A DNA stretch of 64,000 nucleotides from Methanotrichaceae archaeon. Lineage in GTDB: Archaea > Halobacteriota > Methanosarcinia > Methanotrichales > Methanotrichaceae. Numbering within the stretch: the first letter of the stretch is position 1; each line of letters starts with the position of its first letter. This document shows, piece by piece, positions 10,021 through 20,276 of the stretch. A program made the position numbers and the translations under genes. The notes under the pieces were generated by a model, which saw only the letters and a program-made list of their open reading frames with translations, was not told the origin of the DNA and ran no database searches. The DNA is taken from assembly GCA_963748825.1 (NCBI GenBank), contig CAVVKN010000013.1, positions 1 through 64,000 on the forward strand, given 5' to 3'.

Positions 10021-12729
10021 ATGACGCCTGAAGAGGCAGCACGTCAGAAGATAGATGAACTTCTGACGCAGGCAGGATGGAAGATTCAGGACTTCAATGA
10101 TCTGAACCTCGGAGCAGCTCTGGGCGTCGTGGTTCGTGAATTTCCTCTGCAATCAGGCTTTGCGGATTATCTTCTCTTTATCGATCGTGAGGCAGTGGGA
10201 GCCATTGAGGCTAAGCCCGAAGGAAGTACTTTGAGCGGAGTGGAGGAGCAGACAGGAGGTTACCTTTCCGGGCTTCCTGAAGAAATTCCACACATAGATA
10301 ACCCGCTTCCCTTTGGTTACGAAAGCACCGGCACTGAGACCTTTTTTGTAGATCTGAGAGACCCGAGTCCCCGCTCTCGCCGGGTGTTTGCTTTTCATAA
10401 ACCAGAGACACTAAAAAGCTGGCTGAATCAGGGAGAAACACTGAGAGCAAAGCTCAAGGAGCTGCCCGCTCTGGCGGCAGGAAACCTGAGAAATTGCCAA
10501 TCGGAGGCCATAACCAACCTGGAGCAGTCCTTTGCAGAGGCTAAGCCTAGAAGCCTTATCCAAATGGCGACCGGAAGCGGAAAGACCTTCGCCGCGGTGA
10601 GCTTCATCTACCGGCTGATCAAGTATGGCAATGCCAGGCGGGTGCTTTTCCTGGTGGACAGGAGAACGCTGGGTGAGCAGGCATTGACGGAGTTCAAGCA
10701 GTATGTCACTCCGGACGATGGCCGAAAGTTCACCGAGCTTTACAATGTGCAGCATCTTACCTCCAACACCCTGGACCCGGTGAGCCGGGTTTGCATTACT
10801 ACTATCCAGAGGCTTTACTCCATGCTCAAGGGCGATGCAGAGCTTGATACGGATATCGAGGAGCAATCGCTCTTCGATGTAACACCCATAGAAGGGCAGC
10901 CGCTGGATATCACTTACAATCCAGAGATCCCTGTGGAGACCTTTGATTTTGTGATTACCGATGAGTGTCACCGATCCATCTACAACCTCTGGCGGCAGGT
11001 GCTGGAGTACTTTGACGCCTTCCTGGTGGGGATGACAGCTACGCCTTCCAAACAGACTCTTGGTTTCTTCAACCAGAATCTTGTGATGGAGTACAACCAC
11101 GAAAGGGCGGTGGCCGACGGGGTCAACGTTGGCTACGAGGTTTACAGGATTAAGACTGAGATCTCCGAGCGGGGGAGCAAGGTCGAGGCGGGCTACTACA
11201 TCGATATCCGGGACAAGCTGACAAGAGAGAAGCGCTGGGAGATGCTCGATGAGGACCTGGAGTACACTCCCCGGCAGCTTGACAGGAATGTGGTGGCCAC
11301 CGACCAGATCAGAACGGTCATCAGAACCTTCAAAGAGAAGCTGCCTGAGATCTTTCCGGAAAGAGTCGTTGTTCCCAAGACGCTTATCTTTGCCAAGGAC
11401 GATTCTCATGCCGAGGATATCGTCAGGATCGTGCGAGAGGAATTCAACAAAGGGAACGATTTCTGCAAGAAGATCACCTACAGAACTCAAGAGAAATCCA
11501 GCACGCTAATTTCCAATTTTCGAAACTCTCCCAATCCGAGGATTGCGGTAACTGTTGACATGATCTCCACAGGCACAGACATAAAGCCCCTGGAGTGCCT
11601 GATCTTCATGAGGGATGTCAAGTCTCAGGTCTACTTCGAGCAGATGAAGGGACGGGGAACGAGGACAATTTCACCCACGGATTTGGAATCCGTAACGCCG
11701 GGTGCTCGCTACAAGACCCATTTTGTGATCGTGGATGCTGTGGGAGTGTGCGAGAGGGACAAGACCGACACCCGGCCGCTGGAACAAAAGAAGAGCGTGT
11801 CCTTCGAGAAGCTGGTGAAGTCGGTGGCTCTTGGCGTTCGCAGCGAGAAGACCCTTACAACGCTGGCGGGGAGGCTGGCCAGGCTGGATCGGGAGCTGGG
11901 CGATAAGGATCGCTCGGATCTCAAGAAAGCGGCAGGGGATCGGCCGATGAAGCAGATTATGAACGACCTTCTTGACGCCGTAGATCCCGACAAGCATCAG
12001 GCAAAGGCCAAGGAGATCTTTAAAACGGAGACGCCGAGCGAGGAGCAGGTAAAGTCGGCTGCCAAGGAGCTGGCCAAGGCCGCATGTCTTCCTTTTGACA
12101 ATCCCAAATTCAGGAATGCGCTGATCGATATCAAGAAGAGAAATGAGCAGATCATCGACGAGCTGAGCAAAGACAAAGTGCTTTTTGCGGGCGGCGACGC
12201 CGGGGCAACGAAAAGGGCCCACAGGATCACGGATTGCTTCAAGAAGTTCATCGAGGAGAACAAAGACGAGCTGACGGCGCTGCAGATCATCTACGGCAAG
12301 CCTTATGGAAAGCGCCGCCTTACTTACGAGGAAATCAAGCAACTGGCGGAGGCCATTGAAAAGCCGCCCTACCACCTCACACCTGACCTGGTCTGGCGGG
12401 CTTACGAGTATCTGGAGAAGTCGAAGGTCAAAGGCGCAGGACCGCAAAAGCTGCTCACTAATATCATCTCTCTGGTGCGCTATGCCATGGGAGAAAATCA
12501 GCTTCTTCAGCCTTTCAGGGAAACGGTAGACGAGCGCTTCGCTGCCTGGCTGGCAGTGCAGGAGCGGACAGGGCAGAAGTTCACGCCGGAGCAGGTGGAG
12601 TGGCTGGAGATGCTCAAAGAGCACATTGCCACAAGTCTACGAATTGATATGAACGTCCTGGAGCTGGCACCTTTCTTACATTGGGAGCGCAGAGGGTCAC
12701 GAATACCCCGACCTTCAGGTCGGGGATGA
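10021..12729 (+). CDS. hsdR: Type I restriction enzyme R subunit; C-terminus replaced by IS-derived sequence
   Basis: PD-(D/E)xK ADYLL...IEAK; Walker A ATGSGKT; DECH; QMKGRGTR; final ~17 codons after ELAPF read through the IS left-end hairpin. Confidence 0.92.
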   Translation: MTPEEAARQKIDELLTQAGWKIQDFNDLNLGAALGVVVREFPLQSGFADYLLFIDREAVGAIEAKPEGSTLSGVEEQTGGYLSGLPEEIPHIDNPLPFGYESTGTETFFVDLRDPSPRSRRVFAFHKPETLKSWLNQGETLRAKLKELPALAAGNLRNCQSEAITNLEQSFAEAKPRSLIQMATGSGKTFAAVSFIYRLIKYGNARRVLFLVDRRTLGEQALTEFKQYVTPDDGRKFTELYNVQHLTSNTLDPVSRVCITTIQRLYSMLKGDAELDTDIEEQSLFDVTPIEGQPLDITYNPEIPVETFDFVITDECHRSIYNLWRQVLEYFDAFLVGMTATPSKQTLGFFNQNLVMEYNHERAVADGVNVGYEVYRIKTEISERGSKVEAGYYIDIRDKLTREKRWEMLDEDLEYTPRQLDRNVVATDQIRTVIRTFKEKLPEIFPERVVVPKTLIFAKDDSHAEDIVRIVREEFNKGNDFCKKITYRTQEKSSTLISNFRNSPNPRIAVTVDMISTGTDIKPLECLIFMRDVKSQVYFEQMKGRGTRTISPTDLESVTPGARYKTHFVIVDAVGVCERDKTDTRPLEQKKSVSFEKLVKSVALGVRSEKTLTTLAGRLARLDRELGDKDRSDLKKAAGDRPMKQIMNDLLDAVDPDKHQAKAKEIFKTETPSEEQVKSAAKELAKAACLPFDNPKFRNALIDIKKRNEQIIDELSKDKVLFAGGDAGATKRAHRITDCFKKFIEENKDELTALQIIYGKPYGKRRLTYEEIKQLAEAIEKPPYHLTPDLVWRAYEYLEKSKVKGAGPQKLLTNIISLVRYAMGENQLLQPFRETVDERFAAWLAVQERTGQKFTPEQVEWLEMLKEHIATSLRIDMNVLELAPFLHWERRGSRIPRPSGRG

Positions 12730-12855
12730 AGTGAACCCTCGCCGTTTTTTGCATTAACTCAAATCGATCAACTGCTACTTCTTCTAAAATGAAATTGCAT
12801 TTGGCACCTTAGCCATAGGTGGTGCCACCCAACTATGGCCAGGATGTGATACGCG

Positions 12856-12918
12856 TTGGAATTGCGTAGTTTTAGCCATGGCTATGGCCAGATCACCTAC
12901 CAAATCGTGCTGGTGCAA
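12856..12918 (+). pseudogene. tnpA: IS200 Y1 transposase, N-terminal remnant
   Basis: TTG start, MELRSFSHGYGQITYQIVLV resembles the TnpA N-terminus (..Y-H-I-V-x-x-P-K-Y-R); similarity stops abruptly. Confidence 0.75.
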
Positions 12919-12932
12919 GATTCTTTCAACTT

Positions 12933-13385
12933 TCAACTTTTAAATGGATCCTCGCTAATGGAGAAAGTGAACTTGCCGGGCGCGTATCCATTTGGGCGAA
13001 TTATCATAATTATCTCATTCAATTCTCCGTCATAAGTGATATCTATCGTTCCCTCCGCTGGTTCAAATCCCGCCCCTGGATCACAACCACCATTATCATA
13101 TCTAATACATGGCTCTCTTCTTCCTACATAAGAAACGCTGCCCTTAGTACCGCTAAACTGATAATCAAAACCGTCCATGCAACATTTTTGGGATTCTGAC
13201 CCAGGACAGGTAACATCACAAAGATCATCCATAAAAATAGATCCGTCTATATTATTCCCGTCGACAATTAAAGTAGCTCTGGCCCAAGGGTTCTCCAACT
13301 CGTACGTCTTGGCTTCTGCGGAAAATGCCAAACCAGCCAGCAAAGCCAATATAATCAAAAATGACCCAATATTTTTTTTATCCAT
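12933..13385 (-). CDS. Secreted Cys-containing hypothetical protein (cargo inside the IS shell)
   Basis: Intact 150-aa ORF; signal peptide ending AEA; six Cys; AT-rich upstream spacer. Confidence 0.75.
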   Translation of the reverse strand: MDKKNIGSFLIILALLAGLAFSAEAKTYELENPWARATLIVDGNNIDGSIFMDDLCDVTCPGSESQKCCMDGFDYQFSGTKGSVSYVGRREPCIRYDNGGCDPGAGFEPAEGTIDITYDGELNEIIMIIRPNGYAPGKFTFSISEDPFKS

Positions 13386-13451
13386 GATCGGATGATGGCA
13401 CTCAATGTATTAATTTCTTTTTGCTCTTCGCTATATCCTTGATCTCCATTG

Positions 13452-13580
13452 TCAAACCTTGATCGCCAATGCCGTCGCCTTCATCTTCCCGGCCCTCTGC
13501 CTGGCGGTTTCCTCATCTATCTTTGCGCATCTCCCCAGGTGGACATTGCGCGTCTTGCCGTCCTCGCGCCATGTGGCCAT
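13452..13580 (-). pseudogene. Fragment of a small basic protein (MATWREDGKTRNVHLGRCAKIDEETARQRAGKMKATAL)
   Basis: Translated by hand; W-R-x-x-G-K-x-R-x-x-x-L-G plus helix resembles an integrase-arm-type DNA-binding fold. Confidence 0.5.
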
Positions 13581-13581
13581 G

Positions 13582-13650
13582 AAACCGAAGGCAGAGATTC
13601 AATCGTGCAAATCAATAGTACCCGGGCAACGAAGACTCGACGATTTCTGA
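13582..13650 (+). pseudogene. tnpA: IS200 transposase, C-terminal remnant
   Basis: KPKAEIQSCKSIVPGQRRLDDF-stop directly before the right-end hairpin; resembles methanosarcinal TnpA tails as recalled. Confidence 0.6.
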
Positions 13651-13886
13651 ATTCCAAAAAAACCGGGCGTGCGGGCGTGCGGCCCGAAGCATACCCCATC
13701 CCTTTAGGGTGGGGTGGCCGCACGCAGTTTGATTTTTATTCATAATGCGATTTGACTCTGCACCTCCTCAAAATTCATTTCATTCGCCCCGCAGCCACAA
13801 CGCTTTTAGAATCCTTGGGCAATTACAAATGACCACGACATAGTTGATGGCAGTACTACCTGAGGAATGAGGGAGGTGGCGAATGT

Positions 13887-15314
13887 ATGGATGCGCAAGA
13901 GCTGCAGCAAATTCTTGAAGAAGGCGAAGGCCAGAAGATAGAGTTCAAGGAGTCCCTGGCTAACCTTGACAAAGAGCTGGTAGCTTTTGCCAACGCATCC
14001 GGCGGCAAGATACTCGTAGGCATCACTGATGACCGGAAGATCAAAGGAGCGAGGGGCTCCAACCGGCTCAATTCTCAAGTTCAGGACGCCGCCAACAATT
14101 GCGATCCTCCGGTGGAAATTGGGATGGAGAGCTTCCGGGATGTTCTGGTTATCAACGTCAAAGAAGGAAATGACAAGCCCTGCAAATGTGGATCAGGCTT
14201 CTACCGGCGAGTGGGCCCCAACTCGCAAAAGCTCAGCCGCAGCGAGATCATCGAATTTCTCAAGGATGAGGAGAAGATTCGATTCGACGACCTGAGAAAC
14301 ACTCAGTTCGTTTTTGATGAGCACTTCGATTCCAAGAAGCTGGACCGATTCCTGCGCCTGGCAGGCGTATCGAAGGTCATGGACGACCAGTCGATCCTAT
14401 TAAACCTGGGTGCAGCGGAGCGGCTGGAGGACGGGAGGATAATAGTAAACAACACCGGGATTCTCTTCTTTTCCAGGAACCTGGACTACATTTACCCTCA
14501 TGCCGCTGTGACCTGTGCACTCTTTCAGGGAACGGATAAATTTACGGTGTTGGACCGGCGGGACTTCAACGAAGACCTGATGAGCAACATCGACGGGGCC
14601 ATGAACTTTCTCAAGAGGTACATCGCTGTCCGCTACGAGATGACGGGAGAGGCCAGGCGGCGGGAGGTTCCGGAGCTTCCCTACGATGCTCTGCGAGAGG
14701 CGATCATCAATGCCGTGGCCCACCGGGATTACTTCGAGCGAGGAGCCAACGTCATGGTGGAGATCTACGACGACCGGATCGAGATTAGCAATCCGGGAGG
14801 GCTGCCCAAGGGCCTCTCGCCCGAGGAGTTCGGCAAAAGAAGTGTGCTGCGAAATCCGAAGATTGCTGGTATGCTGCACCGGGCGGATTACATCGAAAAG
14901 ATGGGAACGGGCGTTCGGAAGATGCAGCGGCTTATGAGCGAGGCAGGGCTGGCGCCGCTGGAGTTCGCCTTCACGAGCTTCTTCACGGTTACGTTCAGGA
15001 AGCCGAAGGCGGAGAGACGAGAAGCGACCGACGAAGATTTCGCAGTAAATTTCGGTGCAAATTTCGGTTTAAATTTCGGTATAAAAGGAAAACGGCTCGC
15101 CAGAATGGTGAAGATGTTTGAGATTCTCCGCCGAGGGGAGATTCTAATCGATGTACAGATCGCAGAGACCTTCGAAGTAAGCGAGAGAACAATTGATAAC
15201 GATATCAGATTCCTGCGAGGTCTTGAGCTTATCGAGTTCATCGGAGCCAAAAAGACAGGGAGATATGTGCTCACTGAAAAAGGCAAAAAAATAATCGAGA
15301 ACATGAGGCAATAA
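13887..15314 (+). CDS. Schlafen/AlbA_2 + HATPase_c_4 (RecG-C-like) + C-terminal wHTH protein
   Basis: GEGQKIEFKE, VAFANASGG.ILVGITDD, REAIINAVAHRDY, DRIEISNPGGL, IEKMGTG, VSERTIDNDIRFL. Confidence 0.9.
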   Translation: MDAQELQQILEEGEGQKIEFKESLANLDKELVAFANASGGKILVGITDDRKIKGARGSNRLNSQVQDAANNCDPPVEIGMESFRDVLVINVKEGNDKPCKCGSGFYRRVGPNSQKLSRSEIIEFLKDEEKIRFDDLRNTQFVFDEHFDSKKLDRFLRLAGVSKVMDDQSILLNLGAAERLEDGRIIVNNTGILFFSRNLDYIYPHAAVTCALFQGTDKFTVLDRRDFNEDLMSNIDGAMNFLKRYIAVRYEMTGEARRREVPELPYDALREAIINAVAHRDYFERGANVMVEIYDDRIEISNPGGLPKGLSPEEFGKRSVLRNPKIAGMLHRADYIEKMGTGVRKMQRLMSEAGLAPLEFAFTSFFTVTFRKPKAERREATDEDFAVNFGANFGLNFGIKGKRLARMVKMFEILRRGEILIDVQIAETFEVSERTIDNDIRFLRGLELIEFIGAKKTGRYVLTEKGKKIIENMRQ

Positions 15315-15510
15315 TGCTTGAGATTTGCACCGCAAATGACATAGCAAATTCGCCCTGTGGAGTTCAGAGTAAAAGTGAAGCTTGATAGCGATCTCAAAGA
15401 TAATTTCACGGACAAATGACTCAGTAAACGACATAGTAACCTTGACAATTTGATATCTCGGTGAGACGATTGGGCAACTCTATGGATTCAAGAAGCGAGG
15501 CGCTGGCAGG

Positions 15511-16033
15511 ATGATGGAAGCCAACGATAAGCTATATGATCTACCTGAATCGTGGATATGGACGAATTTGGAAAATTGTGTTGAGATCTTAGATAGCCAG
15601 AGAATACCAATCAATGCGAAAGAGCGAGAAACGCGAAAAGGACAGATTCCATACTACGGAGCAACGGGGCAAGTAGGTTGGATTGACGACTACCTTTTCG
15701 ACGAAGAATTAGTTTTACTTGGTGAAGACGGTGCTCCATTCCTCGACCCTTCAAAAAATAAATCGTATATTATTCGGGGAAAGAGTTGGGTAAACAATCA
15801 TGCCCATGTATTGAGGGCCATTAGTGGATTAACTGTAAACTATTTTATTCTATATTATTTAAATACATTTCGTTATCAAGATTACGTTACAGGTACTACC
15901 AGACTAAAATTGAATCAGGCGCCGATGAGGAAAATTCCAATTCCCATTGCCCCTCTTCCCGAGCAGCGTCGCATCGTCGCCCGCATCGAGGAGCTCTTCA
16001 GCCGCCTGGACGCCGGGGTCGAGGCGCTGCAGA
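15511..16033 (+). pseudogene. hsdS: Type I R-M specificity subunit, first half only
   Basis: LPESWIW, one TRD, PLPEQRRIVARIEELFSRLD; runs out of frame into hsdM sequence at about 16035. Confidence 0.85.
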
Positions 16034-17188
16034 GGGGACCCGGCCAAGCTGCGCCGCCTGGTGGAGCTGATCAACGGCGAGACCTGGGTGGGCCTGGACG
16101 TGGACGTCAAAGGGGCGATCTACGAAGGGCTGCTGGAGAAGAACGCCGAGGACGTGAAGGGCGGCGCTGGCCAGTACTTCACGCCCCGCCCGCTCATCCG
16201 GGCCATGGTGGAAGTGGTGCGCCCCCGCCTTGGCGAGACAGTCTTTGATCCAGCCTGTGGCACAGGCGGCTTTCTGCTGATTGCCTACGACTATCTTTCC
16301 GACCGGAAGAGATTCGATCTGGACATAGATCAAAAGCAATTCCTCAAGCTGCACACCCTGCGAGGAAAAGACGTGGTGGACGGCGTGGTGCGGCTGTGCG
16401 CCATGAACCTCTACTTGCACGGCATCGGCGGCGAGGAGAGCCCCATAGAGGTGGGCGACTCTCTGATATCGTATCCAGACGATCACTACGATCTGGTCCT
16501 CACCAATCCGCCTTTCGGCAAGAAGAGCAGCGTCACCATCGTCAACGGAGAGGGCAAATCCGACCGGGAGACTCTTTCCTACAGCCGCCAGGATTTCTGG
16601 GCCACAACCTCCAACAAGCAGCTCAACTTCCTGCAGCACGTCCGCAATCTGCTCAAGATCAACGGCCGGGCGGCGATTGTGGTTCCGGATAACGTCCTCT
16701 TCGAGGGCGGAGCAGGCGAGACTGTGCGGCGAAGGCTGCTGCAAGACTGCGATCTTCACACGCTGCTGCGCCTGCCCACGGGCGTCTTCTACGCCCAGGG
16801 CGTCAAGGCCAATGTGCTCTTCTTTGACAGAAAGCCGGCCAGCGAGACGCCATGGACGGATAAGCTGTGGATCTACGACCTGCGGACCAACCAGCACTTC
16901 ACACTCAAGACCAATCCGCTCAAGCTGGAGGACCTGCAGGATTTCATCAAATGCTACAATGCGGATAATCGGCACGACCGCTTGGAGACGGAACGCTTCC
17001 GGGCCTTGAGCTATGACGATCTGGTGAAACGGGACAAGGCCAGCCTGGACATCTTCTGGCTCAAGGACGATAGCCTGGAGGACTCCGACAACCTGCCCGA
17101 TCCGGCGATCCTGGCGCGGGAGATTGTGGAGAGCCTGGAAACCGCGCTGGAGCAGTTCCGGAGCATCGAGGATGAACTGAAAGACTGA
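16034..17188 (+). pseudogene. hsdM: Type I R-M methyltransferase lacking its N-terminus
   Basis: Starts mid-protein at DPAKLRRL; GQYFTPR, DPACGTGG, NPPF motifs; no own start codon. Confidence 0.88.
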
Positions 17189-17557
17189 AAAATGAAAACA
17201 AACGGCGAGCCGGCTCGAAATGCTTGGCTGGCCCGATTCGACCAGTATCGAGCCCCCGCCTGAGGCACGCCAGGCCCACGCGAGCGCACGGGCGCGGGCG
17301 GGCAGGCGGACCCTGGGACGAACGGCTCCGTGTCCGCAGGCAGCACACGAGAATGCGTATCGAGCCGGTGTGCAGAACTGATGTCAGTTGCCGGACATCC
17401 AGGATGAACTGGCCTACAACACCATGAGGAATTACAGATGGCAAAGGATAATTTCTTTTAAAATTTATATATGGGATTTTGGCTTTCCTGCGCTCGGGAG
17501 ATGGGGTGTGTCGAGAGTGTCACGAGCAAAGAATGAAAAATGAAAAGAACTGTCGGA

Positions 17558-18010
17558 TCAGTGCTCGGCAGCCTTTCTGGCCTGCACTGCCAGCCCGCGC
17601 TTGATCTGTAGCATCTCCTCAGGCGCGAGCACGGCGGTTCCCGTGGCCAGCAGCCGATCCTGGGAGTCCACTACCAGCACTTCTTCCCCGGCTCGAATCT
17701 CCTCATCCACGCCTAAAACGTGCTTGGCAAAAACGTTGCCTCCTTTGGCCACGAAGGGTGCGGCATCATCCGAGGCCACAACTCTCAGGCGCGGGCTTTC
17801 GAACAGGGCATGCAGCCGCCGCGCCCCCATCATGCTGAGCGTCAAGAGGTTGTCGCTGGCTCGAACCGTGGCGATCCGCTCCTTTTTGGAGTAGAGGTAC
17901 CTCAGCCGACGCGTTTTGGAGAGGCTGTAGGTTGTGTCATCGGGAAAGAGGGCCTCGCCTGCGCCTCTACCAAACTGATAATCGGCAATAATCCTGGCAC
18001 GCTTTAGCAT
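17558..18010 (-). CDS. PUA-domain protein (C-terminal part of split archaeosine tRNA-guanine transglycosylase)
   Basis: IADYQFG, GGNVFAKHV, IRAGEEVLVV, LLATG.A.L. Confidence 0.85.
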   Translation of the reverse strand: MLKRARIIADYQFGRGAGEALFPDDTTYSLSKTRRLRYLYSKKERIATVRASDNLLTLSMMGARRLHALFESPRLRVVASDDAAPFVAKGGNVFAKHVLGVDEEIRAGEEVLVVDSQDRLLATGTAVLAPEEMLQIKRGLAVQARKAAEH

Positions 18011-18156
18011 CTCATGTCCTTCCTGATAGACCTTTCAAACTACAGCTAATAAAGAGTTATGGTTTAGATAAAATGCTGTCATCACCATAATCTATTTTGC
18101 TCTCCTCATTGCATCTCCTCCAATCCTGATAGCATGACAATATACCGGTGATTTGA

Positions 18157-19404
18157 TTGAAACCTTTAAGCGTTGAAGATCCCGAAATCGCAGCCGCGAT
18201 CCAGGCTGAGCTGGAGCGGCAGCGAAATAACATAATTCTGATCGCCTCTGAGAACTTCGCAAGTAGAGCCGTCATGGAGGCCCAGGGCTGCATCATGACA
18301 AACAAGTATGCGGAAGGCTACCCGGGCAAACGCTACTACCGCGGCACGGCCCATGTGGACGTGGCAGAGGAACTGGCTCGCGAGCGCTGCAAGAAGCTCT
18401 TTGCCGGCGCAGAGCATGTCAATGTGCAGCCGGTCAGCGGCACTCAGGCCAATATGGCAGCCTACTTTGCCGTGCTCAAGCTCGGCGACACCATCATGGG
18501 CATGAACCTGGCCCACGGCGGCCACCTCTCGCACGGCAGCCCGGTCAACTTCTCGGGCAAGATGTACAAAATCGTGCCCTACAGTGTCTCCAAAGAGACA
18601 GAGATGCTGGACTACTCGGAGATGGCGGACATTGCTCGAAAGAACAAGCCCCATCTCATAGTGGTGGGCGCCTCCAGCTATCCCAGAACCATCGACTTCA
18701 AGGTCGTCCGCGAGATTGCCGACGAGGTCGGGGCAAAGGTCATGGCCGACATCGCTCACATTGCGGGCATGTGTGCCGTGGGCGCGCATCCCTCACCCGT
18801 GCCCTACTCGGATATCGTTACCACTACTACCCATAAGACCCTGCGCGGGCCGAGAGGCGCTCTAATCATCTGCAAAGAGGAGCTTGCTGCTGCCGTTGAT
18901 CGGTCCGTCTTCCCGGGCACCCAGGGCGGGCCCTTCATGCATGCCATAGCCGCAAAAGCGGTGGCCTTCAAGGAGGCACTGGCACCCGAGTTTAAGGAGT
19001 ACCAGTTCCAGGTGGTCAAGAACGCTCGCGTACTGGCGGACAGGCTGCTGGAAAACAAGTTCGATCTGGTCTCAGGCGGCACGGACAACCACCTCATGAT
19101 GGTCAAGCTGATCAAAGAAGGCATCACCGGCAAGGTAGCCGACGAGACCCTGGAGCGGGCGGGAATCACTCTCAACAAGAACATGATCCCCTTCGATCCG
19201 GCCACGCCCTTCGTCACCAGCGGCATTCGCATCGGCACTCCGGCCATGACCACTCGTGGCATGAAGGAGAAAGAGATGGTGCAGATCGCAGACCTGATTA
19301 CAACAGTGATTCGCGATATCAAGAACGAGGAGACGATAGCCGATGTTCGCAGGCAGGCCAGAGAGCTGTGCGGGCAGTTTCCGCTCTATCCGGATCTGAC
19401 ATGA
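18157..19404 (+). CDS. glyA: Serine hydroxymethyltransferase
   Basis: [34 protein letters not shown] (PLP lysine). Confidence 0.97.
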   Translation: MKPLSVEDPEIAAAIQAELERQRNNIILIASENFASRAVMEAQGCIMTNKYAEGYPGKRYYRGTAHVDVAEELARERCKKLFAGAEHVNVQPVSGTQANMAAYFAVLKLGDTIMGMNLAHGGHLSHGSPVNFSGKMYKIVPYSVSKETEMLDYSEMADIARKNKPHLIVVGASSYPRTIDFKVVREIADEVGAKVMADIAHIAGMCAVGAHPSPVPYSDIVTTTTHKTLRGPRGALIICKEELAAAVDRSVFPGTQGGPFMHAIAAKAVAFKEALAPEFKEYQFQVVKNARVLADRLLENKFDLVSGGTDNHLMMVKLIKEGITGKVADETLERAGITLNKNMIPFDPATPFVTSGIRIGTPAMTTRGMKEKEMVQIADLITTVIRDIKNEETIADVRRQARELCGQFPLYPDLT

Positions 19405-19435
19405 GAACAGACCTGGCAGGATAACGGACCCGACA

Positions 19436-20275
19436 ATGATAATCGATGGAAAAGCCCTGGCGGCGGACGTCGAGGTTGAGACCGCCCAGAGGGTAAAAGA
19501 GCTTGCAAAAAGAGGCATTGTGCCGGGCCTGGCCACCGTGCTGGTGGGTGAAAATCCAGCCTCGCAGATGTACATCCGGCTAAAGCATTCTGCCTGCACC
19601 CGGGTGGGAATTCGATCCGAGAATGTGGTGCTTCCCGAGAATAGCTCAGAGGAAGAGCTCATAGCCAAGATCCAGGAGCTGAACGGCCGACCGGACATAA
19701 ACGGCATTCTCCTGCAGCTTCCTCTGCCTAAAGGGCTGAGCCCCCAGAAGGCTATGATGAGCATTTTGCCGGAGAAAGATGTGGACGGATTTCATCCTGT
19801 GAATATGGGCGCTCTTCTCCTGGGCGCGGAGCGGCTGGTGCCCTGCACCCCGAGGGGTATCATCTATGCCCTGGAGCGGCTGGGCAAGAAGCTGGAGGGG
19901 GCGGAAGCCGTGATTGTGGGCCACAGCAACGTTGTCGGCAAGCCTCTGGCTGCCATGCTGCTAAATCGCAATGCTACGGTACAGATCTGTCACGTCTTCA
20001 CCAAGGATCTGGCCGAGCACACCAGAGCGGCTGAGATACTGGTGGTTGCGGCAGGCGTTCCGGCCCTGATTAAGAAAGAGATGGTGAGGCCCGGAGCGGT
20101 AGTCTTTGATGTGGGCATCAATCGGGTAGGAGACAAGACGGTGGGCGATGTGGACTTTGATGGCGTAAAGGACATTGCCTCGGCCATAACCCCCGTTCCG
20201 GGCGGCGTGGGGCCACTCACCGTGGCCATGCTGCTCTCCCAGACTGTATCGGCAGCAGAGAGCCAGATGATTTAA
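19436..20275 (+). CDS. folD: Methylenetetrahydrofolate dehydrogenase/cyclohydrolase
   Basis: [28 protein letters not shown]. Confidence 0.96.
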   Translation: MIIDGKALAADVEVETAQRVKELAKRGIVPGLATVLVGENPASQMYIRLKHSACTRVGIRSENVVLPENSSEEELIAKIQELNGRPDINGILLQLPLPKGLSPQKAMMSILPEKDVDGFHPVNMGALLLGAERLVPCTPRGIIYALERLGKKLEGAEAVIVGHSNVVGKPLAAMLLNRNATVQICHVFTKDLAEHTRAAEILVVAAGVPALIKKEMVRPGAVVFDVGINRVGDKTVGDVDFDGVKDIASAITPVPGGVGPLTVAMLLSQTVSAAESQMI

Positions 20276-20276
20276 G

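Larger units (their letters stand above)
12680..13733 (+). mobile_element. Non-autonomous IS200/IS605-family derivative with both hairpin ends, tnpA remnants and internal cargo
   Basis: Left hairpin CCCCGACC-TTCA-GGTCGGGG (12706-12725) within a longer stem 12692-12740; right hairpin ACCCCATCCC-TTTA-GGGTGGGGT within perfect GCGTGCGGCC/GGCCGCACGC (13675-13725); outer ends approximate. Confidence 0.8.

Noticed and set aside
10411-12624. Long antisense ORFs (359 and 317 aa) opposite hsdR, and similar ones opposite hsdM, mtnP, res and mod
   Set aside because: Shadow ORFs expected from GC-rich codon usage; no motifs, and they fully overlap well-supported genes.
12680-13733. TnpB/IscB RNA-guided nuclease in the IS200/IS605 element
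   Set aside because: No RuvC or zinc-finger coding remnant; the tnpA stop lies directly before the right end.
15511-16248. 245-aa HsdS and 413-aa HsdM as listed in the ORF track
   Set aside because: Each includes out-of-frame read-through across the deletion junction at about 16034; neither is a full-length gene.
6720-17560. Integrase or att direct repeats delimiting the island
   Set aside because: No integrase gene, tRNA target or convincing direct repeat seen at the boundaries.
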